Of a DNA stretch of 64,000 nucleotides, positions 10,940-22,487 are shown in pieces. The DNA is taken from assembly GCA_973895155.1 (NCBI GenBank), contig OZ316899.1:643573-707572 (forward strand). The letters run 5' to 3'. The notes under the pieces were generated by a model. That model saw nothing but the letters and a program-made list of their open reading frames with translations. It had not been told where the DNA came from and did no database searches. This DNA is from Marsupella aquatica. Taxonomy: Eukaryota; Plantae; Marchantiophyta. Numbering within the stretch: the first letter of the stretch is position 1; every line of letters starts with the position of its first letter. A program made the position numbers and the translations under genes.

Positions 10940-11940
10940 GACTTTGAAGGTAATTTAGGAGAAAAAAGGGGATGGGACAAGTGAGGGAGGATGGAGGGAC
11001 AAGGGTAGGAGGGAGAAAGAGCCAATTTTGGGAGTGCTGGTTTAAGGAAAGAGGGAGAAAGGGGTTGGGACAAGGAAAGGAGGGAGGAAGGAGGAGGGTG
11101 GGCCAATTTAGGGAAGGCCGGTATATAGGTAAGAGGGAGAAAGGGGGTGGGATGCAAGGAAACAAGTGAGGAAAGTGGGTATAGGCAAGGTAAGAGGGAT
11201 AAATTAAGGAGCCAGGGTGGGACAAGGAAGGGAGGGAGGGAAAAGGAAACGACAAAGGAAGGAAGAGGGTTGGCCAATTAATATAGGTAAGAGGGAGAAA
11301 GGGTTTGGGATAAGGAAAGGAGGGAGGGAAAAGGAAAGGAGGGAGGAAGGAGGAGGGTTGGCCAATTAATTTAGGTAAGAGAGAGAAAGGGTTTGGGACA
11401 AGGAAAGGAGGGAGGGAGGGAGGGAAAAGGAAAAGAGGGAGGAAGGAGGAGGGTTGACCAATTAATTTAGCTAAGAGGGAGAAAGGGTTTGGTACAAGGA
11501 AAGGAGGGAGGGAGGAGTTTGGGTATATCTAGGTAAGAGGAAGAAAGTAAGGGTCCAGGTTGGGACAAGGAAGCAAGGGAAGGGGAAGGAGGAGGGTGGG
11601 CCATGAATTTAGGGTACAAGGATGAGGGGGTGGGACAAGGAAAGGATGGGGCAGGTTGGAGGGACAAGTTAGGGAGGGCCAGTATAGGTACTTAAGAGGG
11701 ATTAAGGGGATGGGACAAGGAAAGGAGGGAGGGACGGGACAAGTTAGGGAGGGTCTGTTTAGGTAAGAGGGAGAAAGGGTTTTGGACAAGGAAAGGAGAC
11801 GGAGGGATGGAGGGAGAATGTATATAATTATATACATGAGGGAGAAACTAAGGAGCCAGGGTTTAGGTTAAGAGAGGGAAAAGGAAAGGGGGATTTAGGG
11901 AGAAAGGAGGTGTGTCAAGGAAAGGAGGAAGGATTAAAGT
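10940..11940. repeat. Strongly purine-skewed low-complexity region with imperfect repeats
   Basis: Recurrent ggacaaggaaaggagggagg and gttggccaattaat..ggtaagagggagaaaggg units; very few pyrimidines on the + strand. Confidence 0.8.
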
Positions 11941-12073
11941 ACAAGTAGCATGAGTTATCATAACACAAAATCTAGCAAAAGGTGTGGAGGCATGGAGTTT
12001 AGGGTTTAGAGTATAGCAATGACATTTCAAAATGACATGATCAATTCACAAATGCACATGAATATATCTCCAG

Positions 12074-12208
12074 TGTTATACCCTAACTAGGATTAGATAT
12101 CTTAACCCGAGTTAAGATCTAACCAAGATCTAACTCAACTACCTCATGTATATATATTGGACACATGAATAAGATTCATTACATTGTTGGAGTATATGGT
12201 TTGCAACA
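12074..12208 (+). repeat. 5' LTR of the copia element
   Basis: tgttatacc...ttgcaaca; identical to 17833-17967 by eye. Confidence 0.97.
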
Positions 12209-12222
12209 CGTTATCAGCACGA
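12209..12222 (+). promoter_or_regulatory. Primer binding site (half-tRNA-Ile type)
   Basis: cgttatcagcacga abuts the LTR; it is not a TGG-type PBS and matches the complement of the plant tRNA-Ile anticodon arm as I recall it. Confidence 0.7.
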
Positions 12223-13375
12223 ATGCAAATTTTTTTTCTCCACGAAGAGGTGCTAAACCATAAGGGGAGATCCGAAGAGTTTTTCCCAAAAGATGAGCAC
12301 TTTTGGCCACATTTGAGGGCCATTTCTCGATAGAAACCTCGAGTGGAATGATATGGGCCTCTGTTCGTCTATGGCTTGAGAACGATAGACCACCATCAAG
12401 AGATCTCGTGAGCCAGCCAGCAATAGGCAAACAGTAGGACCATAGAGACAGAACGAAAACAGAAACACGAAGGGCCAGCCGCAGTCTAATCCGAAGGAAT
12501 TGAAACGAAAGGAAATCGGCAGAAGAGTAGAACTTCTTGAAACCCACAGCAACTCAAGACAAATCCCGCAGACGACGCATAGCACACACGAAGGAACGAT
12601 AGCGCCAACTCAACACGAAGACCAAGCCCCGGACAAAGCCACGAGGCGCCGTTCCGCAGATAGCACCACACAATCCAGACACAACTCAGACACAATTCGA
12701 CGCTCGCCGCATGTAGCCACTGAATTCACAATTCGACGCTTCGCCGCCTGTAGCCACTAACTCCCGGACCCACACTTGAGACAGCGCAGCGTTGAAACAA
12801 GATGAAATGAAACAGAAGATCGATAAGGACTTCATCGGCACACCATCCCTCACCGAATTGAAACCACCCGTATAGGGACCCTGACTGAAGTCAAAGCGGA
12901 TCGATCCCACACAAGAAGAGCAAAATAAAGAAATACACAGAAATTGCAGAGAAGACTCCGAGAGACAAAACGCGAACACATAAGAGTCCCAGGCAAATTA
13001 ACACACTGAAGAGAGCCGAAGGAATTGGGTTCAAGAAAAAAAAAAAAGCAGCACCATCCACAGAGAACGAAAGAAGACCTGAGCAATAGAGCACCGCAGG
13101 ACTGAGAGAGAAAGACCAAGCACACCATAGCGAAGAGAGCAAACGCGAGCCCCAGACCAAAAACGTACAAGCAAGGGCAGCGACCCCCAATTCTCCTTTC
13201 CACCCACCTAAGAAGGAAGAATCCAATCATACCGGGACCAAACCTGAAGAATAGTGAATACCAAAAGAAAGGAGCAAGCGAAGCTGACCCACCACAAAAT
13301 AATAGCTAAGTGCAAAACTCCATTGAACCCTCCTTAATTGCATACATTTACAAGGTGAACCCCTATTAGCCCAAG

Positions 13376-16300
13376 ATGGCAATGGAGAAACTATTATTCC
13401 CAGCACTAAGAATTGACGGGAAGAACTATAATGATTGGACAATAGACGTGGAGGTTAACCTCACCGCAAAAAGAATCCCAGAAACAATACATACCGACAT
13501 TGGGGTGGACCAATACCAGAAGGCCCAAGCATTAGTCCTACTAAGACACCACTTAATAGAACCATTAAAACATCAATATAAGACGATATACAACCCAAGG
13601 CTCCTATGGGATGCATTGAAAGAGAGATTTGAACACATAACAACTATAAACTTACCAAATGCGCTACAAGCATGGGTAACCTTAAGAGTGCAAGATTTCA
13701 AAACGGTAGACTTATACAACAGCGAGATGTTCCGCATCTCGAACGAACTCCAAATGTGCGGTGAACCAGTGAATGATAAACAACAAATCGAAAAGACACT
13801 AGCAACATTTCACCCTACAAACTTAGTAATCTCAAACCAGTATAGAAACATGGCATTCACTAAATACTCAGCACTAATAGCACACATGCTCTTGGCAGAA
13901 CAAAACTCAATCCTACTCATGACAAATGCAAAGGATAGACCCCCGGGTACACTCCCAATACCTGCCACCACTGAGACGAACTTAATTATAAATGAGAAAC
14001 TGAGAGAAGCTAACTTGACCACACCTTATGATAGAAATACAAGTAAATTCAGGGGGAGAGGCTCATATAGGGGAAGAGGAATGAAGGGAGGACGATCGAA
14101 CTACTCCTATAGAGGAGGACCCAGAGGAGGATTCAGCAACCGCGGAAGGGGCCGTGGAAGAAACAATTTCCCCGGAAGGACCACATGGAAACGAGGCCGC
14201 AACGACTACCAAGAGAAGCCAAGAAACAACTCAAACAGCTCAATCACATGCTTCAGGTGCGGTACAAAAGGTCACACCAAAAAGGTATGCCATGCCCCAG
14301 CCCATCTTGTGAAACTCTACAAACAAAGTTTAGATGGATCAAAACTTGAAACCCATGGAGTTTACCTGGAATCACCTGAGATTATACCAGAAATTTATAT
14401 GGTAGACCCCCCACCTGAGCTAGAGGATATAGACGTATGCATTATAGACAGCGGTACATCACACACCATCCTCCGAAATAGAAAATATTTCCATGAAATT
14501 ATCCCTTCCCAAAGACAAATAATCACTATAACCGGAGAAAGCCAAATAGAAGAAGGTCACGGAAGAGCCACCTTAACTCTCCCTGGAGGCACAATAATTA
14601 GATGCCCATCAGCCATATATGCCCCCAAAGCAAGAAGGAACCTTCTGAGTTTCCAAGATATTAGAGCCAACAACTACCATATCCAAACAAACATCCAAAA
14701 CTTACAAGAAGTACTGCAAATAACATCACACTCACCAGGAGGGATAATCATTAGAGAAACCATCTCGACCCACCCTTCAGGGTTCTACATCACCCAAAAC
14801 CAATGTTATAACCTAGGGGTCGAATCCAAAGATATCACCGAGACATGGCACATGAGATTGGGACACCCAGGAACCAGCATGTTCCATAGGATAGTCAACA
14901 ACTCAACAGGAATACCAAAGACCTGTCACCCAAGGTCATTCCAAAAACCATGCATTGCCTGCTCCCAGGGCAAGATGGTTACCGCCCCCTCCATCCCAAA
15001 AACCGAAAACCATATCCCCGCATTCCTTGAGAGACTCCATGCGGACGTATGTGGACCAATCGACCCACCAAGTGGACCATTTCGATACTTCTTGGTAGTG
15101 ATAGACGCCAGTTCTAAGTGGTCCAGAGTATCCTTATTATCAACCCGCAACCTAGTCTTCCCCAGAATCCTTACACACATCTTAAGACTAAGGTCACAAT
15201 TCCGTGAAAATCCAATTAGAACCCTTAGAACTGATGGAGCTGGTGAATTCACTTCTAGAACCTTTGATGAATTCTGCACAATAAATGGAATTGACTCCCA
15301 ACATAATGTACCCCATGTCCACTTCCAGAATGGACTAGCGGAGTCACTTATTAAACGTATACAACAGATTGCTAGACCACTATTAATGCAATCATCACTC
15401 CCAACATCAGCATGGGGCCATGCAGTATTACATGCTGCAACCCTACTCCTTTATAGACCATCAGCCTTTAACAGCAACACACCTTATCACCTAGCTTTCG
15501 GGCAACCACCAAATATCTCACACCTAAGAATATTTGGATGCCAAGTCCTCATCCCCATACTAGGTCCTCATAGAACCAAAATGGGACCACAACGGAGGAA
15601 AGGCATCTATGTAGGATTTGACTCAACATCTATCATACGATACATGGAACCTACAACCACTGACATATTCAAAGCCCGTTTCAGCGATTGCCATTTCTAT
15701 GAAAACATTTTCCCAACCATTAACACGCAAGAGGGAAAACATAAGTCATACACCAAAACACTCACATGGCAAGCTTCCCCGGCACTTTGCCCAGATCCTC
15801 GAACTAACCAAACTGAACTAGAAGTCAATAGGATACTTCAATTAACCAAGATCATGGAGTCCTTACCCGACTCATTTGCTAAAGGCTACACACAAGTTTA
15901 TGGAACTGACTATGCCCTGACATACTCACCTGTCATGGACGTCACCACATACCGCTATTTGATAGCATTTGCTATACACAACAAACTGCTAATGCAACAA
16001 ATGGATGTTGTTACCGCTTACCTTTATGGTAAACTGGACAACGTGATTTATATGGAAGCCCCGCCTGAACTCATTGAGAGAGTAAACTTCCATGCAAATT
16101 CAAAACATAATCCACATATGCACAATGATAATAGTGCAAAATCATTTGACTATATGAACAAATTGGTACTCCACAATGCTTCCAAAGCAATTGCATTACA
16201 AGAACCTAGAAAGGATCATAAGGCAACCGGAGCAAAGACCCGGTATGCAGTTCAAGTCCTTAGTTCCCTTTACGGACTCAAACAGAGTGGATGTACATGG

Positions 16301-17464
16301 TACCACAGATTCAAAAATCAAATGATATCCATGGGATATAAGAATTCTGAAATAGCTCCTTGCTTATTTATAAAGCATGAAGGACCTGAATTCATAATCA
16401 TCGCTATATATGTTGATGACCTCAACCTCCTTGGTACGAAAAAGATGATGAATGAGTCAATGCAAACACTAAAAAGCGTATTTGAAATGAGAGACATGGG
16501 CAGAACTTCTTATTGCATTGGACTCCAATTTGAACATTTGGAAAAAGGCATTCTTTTACACCAAACTACTTACACAAAGAAAATATTACAACAATTCAGA
16601 ATGAATATGTTGAAGCCTGTTAAATCCCCCATGGACATCCGTACCCTTGATAAGGATAAGGATATGTTTAGAAAAAGAGAAGAATTCGAACCTATATTAG
16701 GTTCAGATATGCCATACCTTTCGGCTATCGGTGCTCTTATGTTTTTATCTAATCAAACAAGACCTGACATAGCATTTTCTGTCAACCTACTGGCGAGACA
16801 TAGTTCTCAACCCACTATAAGACATTGGAACGGGCTAAAACGGATTTTCAGATACCTTAATGGTACATCCGACCTCGGCCTATATTTTCCTAATGAGGAT
16901 AACCATAAGTTGAAAGGATATGTTGACGCCGGATACCTTTCTGATCCACATGACGGTAGATCTCAAACAGGATATATATTCTTAATGGGATCAACACCAA
17001 TATCTTGGAGAAGTACTAAGCAAACACTTGCAACCACTTCTTCAAACCATTCAGAAATTATTGCCCTTTATGAGGCTACTAGAGAATGTTTATGGCTAAG
17101 GCAAGTAATAGACCATATTCTTATTCAAACAGGTAAACAAAACTTAACCATGCCTACAACTATATTTGAAGACAATATGTCATGCATCACTCAAATCAAA
17201 TCAGGATTTATAAAAGGTGAACGCACAAAACATATTGCACCCAAGTTCTTTTTCTCACATGAACAACAAGGAAAAGACATCGACATACAATGGATTTCAG
17301 GAGACAAGAACCTGGCCGACATCCTAACAAAATCTCTACCCCCATCTACTCATAGAACACTAACTCACCTCTTGGGGATGCGAAGTCTTAAGAAACTGAT
17401 GCAGGATTCTAACATTGAGGGGGAGAATGGATTTTTCTACAACAACACTATTGAAGAAGAATGA
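13376..17464 (+). CDS. gag-pol: Copia Gag-Pol polyprotein (1362 aa, open, but RT N-terminus deleted in frame)
   Basis: CFRCGTKGHTKKVC knuckle, IIDSGTSHT protease, WHMRLGHP..CIAC zinc finger, HADVCGP/RTDGAGE/GLAES integrase, LYGLKQSG and YVDD RT, YVDAGY and NLADILTK RNase H. Confidence 0.95.
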   Translation: MAMEKLLFPALRIDGKNYNDWTIDVEVNLTAKRIPETIHTDIGVDQYQKAQALVLLRHHLIEPLKHQYKTIYNPRLLWDALKERFEHITTINLPNALQAWVTLRVQDFKTVDLYNSEMFRISNELQMCGEPVNDKQQIEKTLATFHPTNLVISNQYRNMAFTKYSALIAHMLLAEQNSILLMTNAKDRPPGTLPIPATTETNLIINEKLREANLTTPYDRNTSKFRGRGSYRGRGMKGGRSNYSYRGGPRGGFSNRGRGRGRNNFPGRTTWKRGRNDYQEKPRNNSNSSITCFRCGTKGHTKKVCHAPAHLVKLYKQSLDGSKLETHGVYLESPEIIPEIYMVDPPPELEDIDVCIIDSGTSHTILRNRKYFHEIIPSQRQIITITGESQIEEGHGRATLTLPGGTIIRCPSAIYAPKARRNLLSFQDIRANNYHIQTNIQNLQEVLQITSHSPGGIIIRETISTHPSGFYITQNQCYNLGVESKDITETWHMRLGHPGTSMFHRIVNNSTGIPKTCHPRSFQKPCIACSQGKMVTAPSIPKTENHIPAFLERLHADVCGPIDPPSGPFRYFLVVIDASSKWSRVSLLSTRNLVFPRILTHILRLRSQFRENPIRTLRTDGAGEFTSRTFDEFCTINGIDSQHNVPHVHFQNGLAESLIKRIQQIARPLLMQSSLPTSAWGHAVLHAATLLLYRPSAFNSNTPYHLAFGQPPNISHLRIFGCQVLIPILGPHRTKMGPQRRKGIYVGFDSTSIIRYMEPTTTDIFKARFSDCHFYENIFPTINTQEGKHKSYTKTLTWQASPALCPDPRTNQTELEVNRILQLTKIMESLPDSFAKGYTQVYGTDYALTYSPVMDVTTYRYLIAFAIHNKLLMQQMDVVTAYLYGKLDNVIYMEAPPELIERVNFHANSKHNPHMHNDNSAKSFDYMNKLVLHNASKAIALQEPRKDHKATGAKTRYAVQVLSSLYGLKQSGCTWYHRFKNQMISMGYKNSEIAPCLFIKHEGPEFIIIAIYVDDLNLLGTKKMMNESMQTLKSVFEMRDMGRTSYCIGLQFEHLEKGILLHQTTYTKKILQQFRMNMLKPVKSPMDIRTLDKDKDMFRKREEFEPILGSDMPYLSAIGALMFLSNQTRPDIAFSVNLLARHSSQPTIRHWNGLKRIFRYLNGTSDLGLYFPNEDNHKLKGYVDAGYLSDPHDGRSQTGYIFLMGSTPISWRSTKQTLATTSSNHSEIIALYEATRECLWLRQVIDHILIQTGKQNLTMPTTIFEDNMSCITQIKSGFIKGERTKHIAPKFFFSHEQQGKDIDIQWISGDKNLADILTKSLPPSTHRTLTHLLGMRSLKKLMQDSNIEGENGFFYNNTIEEE

Positions 17465-17823
17465 CTACTTACTATGAAGAAGCAAACCATCAATACTACC
17501 ACAAAGGAGATCAAGACATCCTCAAGAACACCAATAACTCAAATACAGTACAATGAAGACAATGGAGACAACAACCTCCATGGAGCCTAACAACATAGAA
17601 AACACAAATAAAACCAATATTGTACTCTAGACCTAACATACATACAAAATAGATCATACAAAAGAGATGGAAGGTGGCAATACTCTTTCCTTCCATGATG
17701 TTAGTAGGGAAGGTTTTAATGAGACTGCACCTCCATCATCTCACAATATAACATAGGTAGAAGATATCTAACTGATAGCAACTTAGATTGGTCGTTATAA
17801 TTTCATCAAAAACTATAACACCC

Positions 17824-17832
17824 AAGGGGGAG
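17824..17832 (+). promoter_or_regulatory. Polypurine tract of the copia element
   Basis: aagggggag directly before the 3' LTR. Confidence 0.9.
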
Positions 17833-17967
17833 TGTTATACCCTAACTAGGATTAGATATCTTAACCCGAGTTAAGATCTAACCAAGATCTAACTCAACTA
17901 CCTCATGTATATATATTGGACACATGAATAAGATTCATTACATTGTTGGAGTATATGGTTTGCAACA
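17833..17967 (+). repeat. 3' LTR of the copia element
   Basis: Identical to 12074-12208. Confidence 0.97.
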
Positions 17968-18095
17968 TCCAGCAAAGAAGACAAAGAAATCATCATAAAT
18001 ATGAAACCAATGATAGGAATTGGCATCACTATATATCCGCATAATATAATATCCCTCATTCTTGGTCCTCATCCTCATCGGGTATAGCGACGGAG

Positions 18096-18410
18096 ACAGG
18101 AAACAGGTAAACAATAATTTTTTTTCTTGTTTTTAATATGCTTTTACCAGGAAAAAATCATTGTTACCAGGAAAAATGACAATTTAAAAATGTCTCCAAA
18201 AACATGTTTTTTCCAAAAAAATTTAACAATGCAACATTTTTGGCTAGCTTAGGGCGCTACTATTAGCAGCGCCGGGCGCTAGCAAAAAAAACTGGTCGAT
18301 CGAAAAATAATAATTCAAAAAAAATAATAATAATAATAATTTCCACCCATTTTCCTGTTACCAGATTTTTTTCCTGTTACCAGTTTTTGTTATTAAATCC
18401 TGTTTCCTGT
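18096..18410. mobile_element. Possible MITE-like element
   Basis: 12-bp inverted repeat acaggaaacagg (18096-18107) / cctgtttcctgt (18399-18410) around an AT-rich interior; no TSD found. Confidence 0.3.
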
Positions 18411-18469
18411 TTGTTGTCTTTTGTAAACACCTCTCCTCATCAGAGAGGGACACAACCATAACATCAGGC

Positions 18470-18929
18470 TCCTGATAATAGAACGAGATTGTGGCACATA
18501 CGTGATGACGAGTGACCACTCCTTTGGGTTTGGGGGGTATGGAATATACAAACATTGCTCCACATGTCTTGGAAATGTAAATGGCTCTGATGTTTGCCAA
18601 TGCGATGGTTGGAAACTAGTGGCAGACGTCTTGAGTCATGTAAATCCACACTCATCTTGAACCACGGTGAGATTGTTATCTGCAAGGTTCACTTTGAACC
18701 ACTTGCACTTGAAGATATACTCTTAAAACTTTGACTGTGCATCATATGATACCACTAGGATCTCCTCTATTTTTCCATAATGTGACACAACATCTCAAAT
18801 AATATTTTTGTCGTGACGACTATTGTGAGAATCTTGAGAGAATTGTCATTCAACTCCACAATCAAATGTACCCTAAATTCTTCTCATCAAGGGAAGAAAT
18901 CCTAAATTCAATGAAACCATATGGACATG
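18470..18929 (-). pseudogene. C-terminal fragment (DUF4216-like) of an older CACTA transposase
   Basis: Translation across stops gives MSIW..FRISSLDEK..FDCGV..VVSHYGKIEEIL..FKCKWFKVNL..ECGFT..EPFTFPRHVEQC, homologous to the protein at 27275-28045. Confidence 0.85.
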
Positions 18930-18944
18930 CACTAGTACATTTTA

Positions 18945-19490
18945 GGGCCATTATCCGATAGCTATTCCGTCGGATCCCTTTGGAAACTTCATTTCGGAAA
19001 AATCATCTATCCGATGTAACCCGCTTTGCAATATCCCATCCAATCCTCATCGGAAATCAACCACCGGACTTACTTTGGACTTTCCGTTGATGATGCCGAC
19101 GGACTTTCCGATTCCAGCCCATTCGCAAACCTGCACATCTGATCCAATACGTATCGGACACCAACAAACAGACCTTCTCTCAAAATGACCATTGTCCGAT
19201 AGTAATGGTATGGGATAGTTCCATAGTTTTTGCTACGTACATTGCAATGCATGTAGTATCGGAGTTTACAATACGTTTAGTATCGGAGTTTGCCTTTGGA
19301 GAATTATCGGATGTTGCGTTAGATTTGGTATCGGATAGTGCAATGTAACGAGGTTTGGAAAATCCAATGACATTGCCATCAGACACATTGTTTTAATGTT
19401 TTGGTTTTGTTGGAGGGGTCCGATGCGGAAAGGATTGGATGCTGCGAAGGGGATTGAAACAGAAGGACCGATGAGGGTGCAAACGGACAT
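18945..19490. repeat. Left subterminal repeat field (ATCCGA/TCGGA motifs)
   Basis: Dense ccgat/tcgga motifs in both orientations. Confidence 0.75.
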
Positions 19491-19792
19491 CATAACGGAT
19501 GGCTTAATTTGTTACAATAGCTAGGGGTTCATGGGTGGTTATTTTGGGTTTGAGAACATCAACCAATATATTAGGGTCCAAAGGAGGCTCAAAACATGTG
19601 GTCAAAATCTCATATTAAAAAAGGGGATGACCCCGATATGTACAAAATGGAATGGGCCTACCTAGTAGACCCATCTCGGCGACTGTTTGCTCCATGGGAA
19701 CACCTAAATGGAGCACTGAGTAGAGACTACACTCCATGGCACCTGCTAAGATCTAATCAAAGCTACCAGACCTACCTACACGGCACTAACCT

Positions 19793-22487
19793 CTAAAAAG
19801 GTGTGTTCCGTCCCTTCTTCTTCTTGTGGCGAGAGCGAAGCTGGGGAACAGGTGCGGGATCCACAACCGGTGGAGCCACCTGTTGACCAGATGGTGGGTC
19901 TAATCCTGTCCTACCGCCTGACCCACTAGATGCACCGCTAGGCACGATAGAAGTCCCACCAACCCCTGACACAGCTGAGTGAAAGGAGGCCTCGCCCCCC
20001 GGCAGACCTACTAGAGTGATGAGAGGCTGCGGCTGCGGATGATGCATGTGGCCCATGCCGTGCTGTACTGCCACCTGACTCACGAGATGGCGCTAGACCC
20101 CTAGAGCCACCATCATCCAAGTCACCACTGCCTCAACAAGGGGGGCTAGGTGCAGCAGATACTCCTCGACGAGGGGGGCTAGGTGCACCAGATACTCCTC
20201 AACGAGGGGGTTAGGTGTAGAGCATACTCCTGAACGATGGTGTGGGTTTGCACCACCTCTACTACCCCCTGAAGGCCCCGGCCTCGCAGCCCGCGATGCT
20301 CCCCGTGACTGATGAGAGCTCACACCATCAACAACATGTGACCCACCTCCCCTCCCTCCCAATGTGAGGGTAACATGAGGTATCTGGGCAGTAGGGGCAA
20401 CTCTAGGAACAGTCTGGGCAACTATAGGAACAGCCCGGGAAACTCTAGGAATAGTCGCGGTAGCTCTAGGCTCCCTCTGCAATCCTGCCTCAAATGCTGA
20501 GTCCTCATCATCTGACTCCCCAGACCCCTCCTCCTCCTCCTGCACATTACAATTAATTATATAAAGTAAGGAACTTGGTCAAAAGTCTACAAATGTAGCA
20601 GTGCTCTAGCTAAGCAAAACATTGTCCCAACTTAGGTAGGGGGAGGGAACAATTACCTCTCCCAGCTCATCCTCAATCTATCGCTTTAGAGCACAGGGTC
20701 CATCCCTTGCTGCTAGTTCCCTCTCTTTTGGATCAATGGGACAACCATACTCCCTCTCCTAACATTTCAAAATTAAAAGACCACTTCAGCACAATAAATT
20801 TAGTTTCAACCATAAAATCCACTCCCTCTACCAAACTTCTCCCTCTCAAAACTCTATGCCTTCTATAACTTCTATAACTTACTTAACCCCTAGCAAATAC
20901 TCTAAACCCTAAAAAAATCACTAGTGAACTCAAGAAGGGGTCCATTCCAGAATTTCATGCAAGTCAAGCATCCCTATCCTATGCAATCAAAAAAACCCTA
21001 AACCCTACCCGTTTTAAACAAAATAAACCCAAATTCACTCGAAATATACTCGTTCCAATGCAGCATCCGATATGGATTCTATCGGACTGCTATCGGACCC
21101 CTCATCCGCTAAATTTGAATGTTACTATGTCCGATGCGGGTTCCGATGCGGGTTACAACGAACAAACATCGGACTTAACAGTCCCGAGAGCAAAACAAGG
21201 GGGATCAGAACGTGATAAAGCAAAACGGGACAACCAAAATGTTCACTCTTCGCAAGAGAAGTCAGGTGGTCAGGGAGAGGAGCAAGGGAGGAGGGAGCTA
21301 GGAGGGAGGAGGGAGGAGCCACTTACAAACTCGGCCTTCAATCGATTGGAGACGCCTTGCCCCATCCGGTGAGTCACAATGGCTCTCTTCTACTCGCTTC
21401 AATGCTGCTATGATGTTTGCAGGAGGTTTTTGAAGTCTTGCTGCTTGAGCTGCCCACTGTCAAAGGTTCAGTTGGAGGGGGGCCATGTCAATATCCTCCC
21501 CGGCAGCTCGCTTTTCTTCTGCAATCCTGATTTCATTGTCCCAATGTCGTCTCTTTAGCCAGGCTCAAACAGAGAGCTCCTCCTCAAGCCAAGCTGTCCA
21601 TGCATCCTGGGGAATCACATCTGGACACTGGTGCTCCCTGACCACCTCTGTATCTATTGGCAAATCAGTAAGGTAATCCCTCATCTTCTCCCGCACATGA
21701 TTCCTTGCATCTGAAATAGAGGCTGAAATTCGACTGTTTAGAAATCTGTCTTCAAGTTGGGCTCCGTTCTTGAATCTTTCTTTGATCTGCTCCCAAACCC
21801 TGGTCCTCTCCTCCTCTGTTTTCTTACCCCAGTAGTCTAGTGGCCCAAAATTTGCCCTCACAACCTGCAAGAATTGGCTGCGGAACAAATTGTAGCTCCT
21901 AGGCATTGGAGCCCCACCTGAATTGATAGCCAGCTCAGGTTGCAGAGCCCTCTCAGCCTCCCTTCGCCTTTGCTCCTCAACTCGCAGCCTCTCTGCCTCC
22001 CTAGCTTCTCTTCGAAGCTTTTTCTCCCTTTTCCGAGGAGAGAGAGCCTCCTCACCATTTGCCCTAGCCCTCTCCGCCTCCTTTCTCTTCTTCCTCGCCT
22101 CTTTCTCTGCTGCGAGGCCTGCTGCAACAGCCTTCTCTGCTGCGAGGCCTGCTGCAACAGCCTTCTCTGCCTCACCTTTTGAGGCATCAAAACCTGAAGC
22201 ACCGGGACTACTCTTGCTGCATCCTCCACGGAAAGCCCTACCTTGGCCACAAACAACTCCCTCATTATCTCCTCATATGGCCGGGATGGCCCAGCCCTGT
22301 CTCCCCCATCACCCGATCCTCCTTCCCCCACCATCTCTCCTCCTTCCTCCACCATCTCTCCTCCTTCCCGAGCTCCTACCCTCTCGGCCTTAGAAAATTT
22401 TCTAGAATGACTGATGTACGAAGGAAGCCCCGTAGTGTGCGCCTTCGCAAGCGCATCGGGATTTACGGATTTCAAATTTTGAATCAA
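19793..22487 (-). pseudogene. Antisense multi-exon gene of the CACTA, TnpA-like with an E/A/K-rich coiled-coil region
   Basis: AEKAVAAGLA repeats lead into the frame of ORF 21565-21906 (W..IKERF...IS..R...PDVIPQDAW), then low-complexity acidic and G/S-rich ORFs 20093-20545 and 19793-20083. The exon structure is not resolved. Confidence 0.45.

Larger units (their letters stand above)
12074..17967 (+). mobile_element. Ty1/copia LTR retrotransposon, Bianca-like, recent insertion
   Basis: Identical 135-bp TG...CA LTRs, TSD TCCAG (12069-12073 and 17968-17972), PBS cgttatcagcacga, PPT aagggggag, and IN-before-RT order. Confidence 0.96.

Noticed and set aside
10881-11837. Pro/Leu/Ser-rich and Gly/Arg/Lys-rich ORFs
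   Set aside because: They are by-products of the purine-skewed low-complexity tract with no domain motifs.
12179-13442. Several overlapping minus-strand hydrophobic ORFs in the copia leader
   Set aside because: They are short, low in complexity and overlapping in multiple frames, as expected from an A/G-rich + strand.
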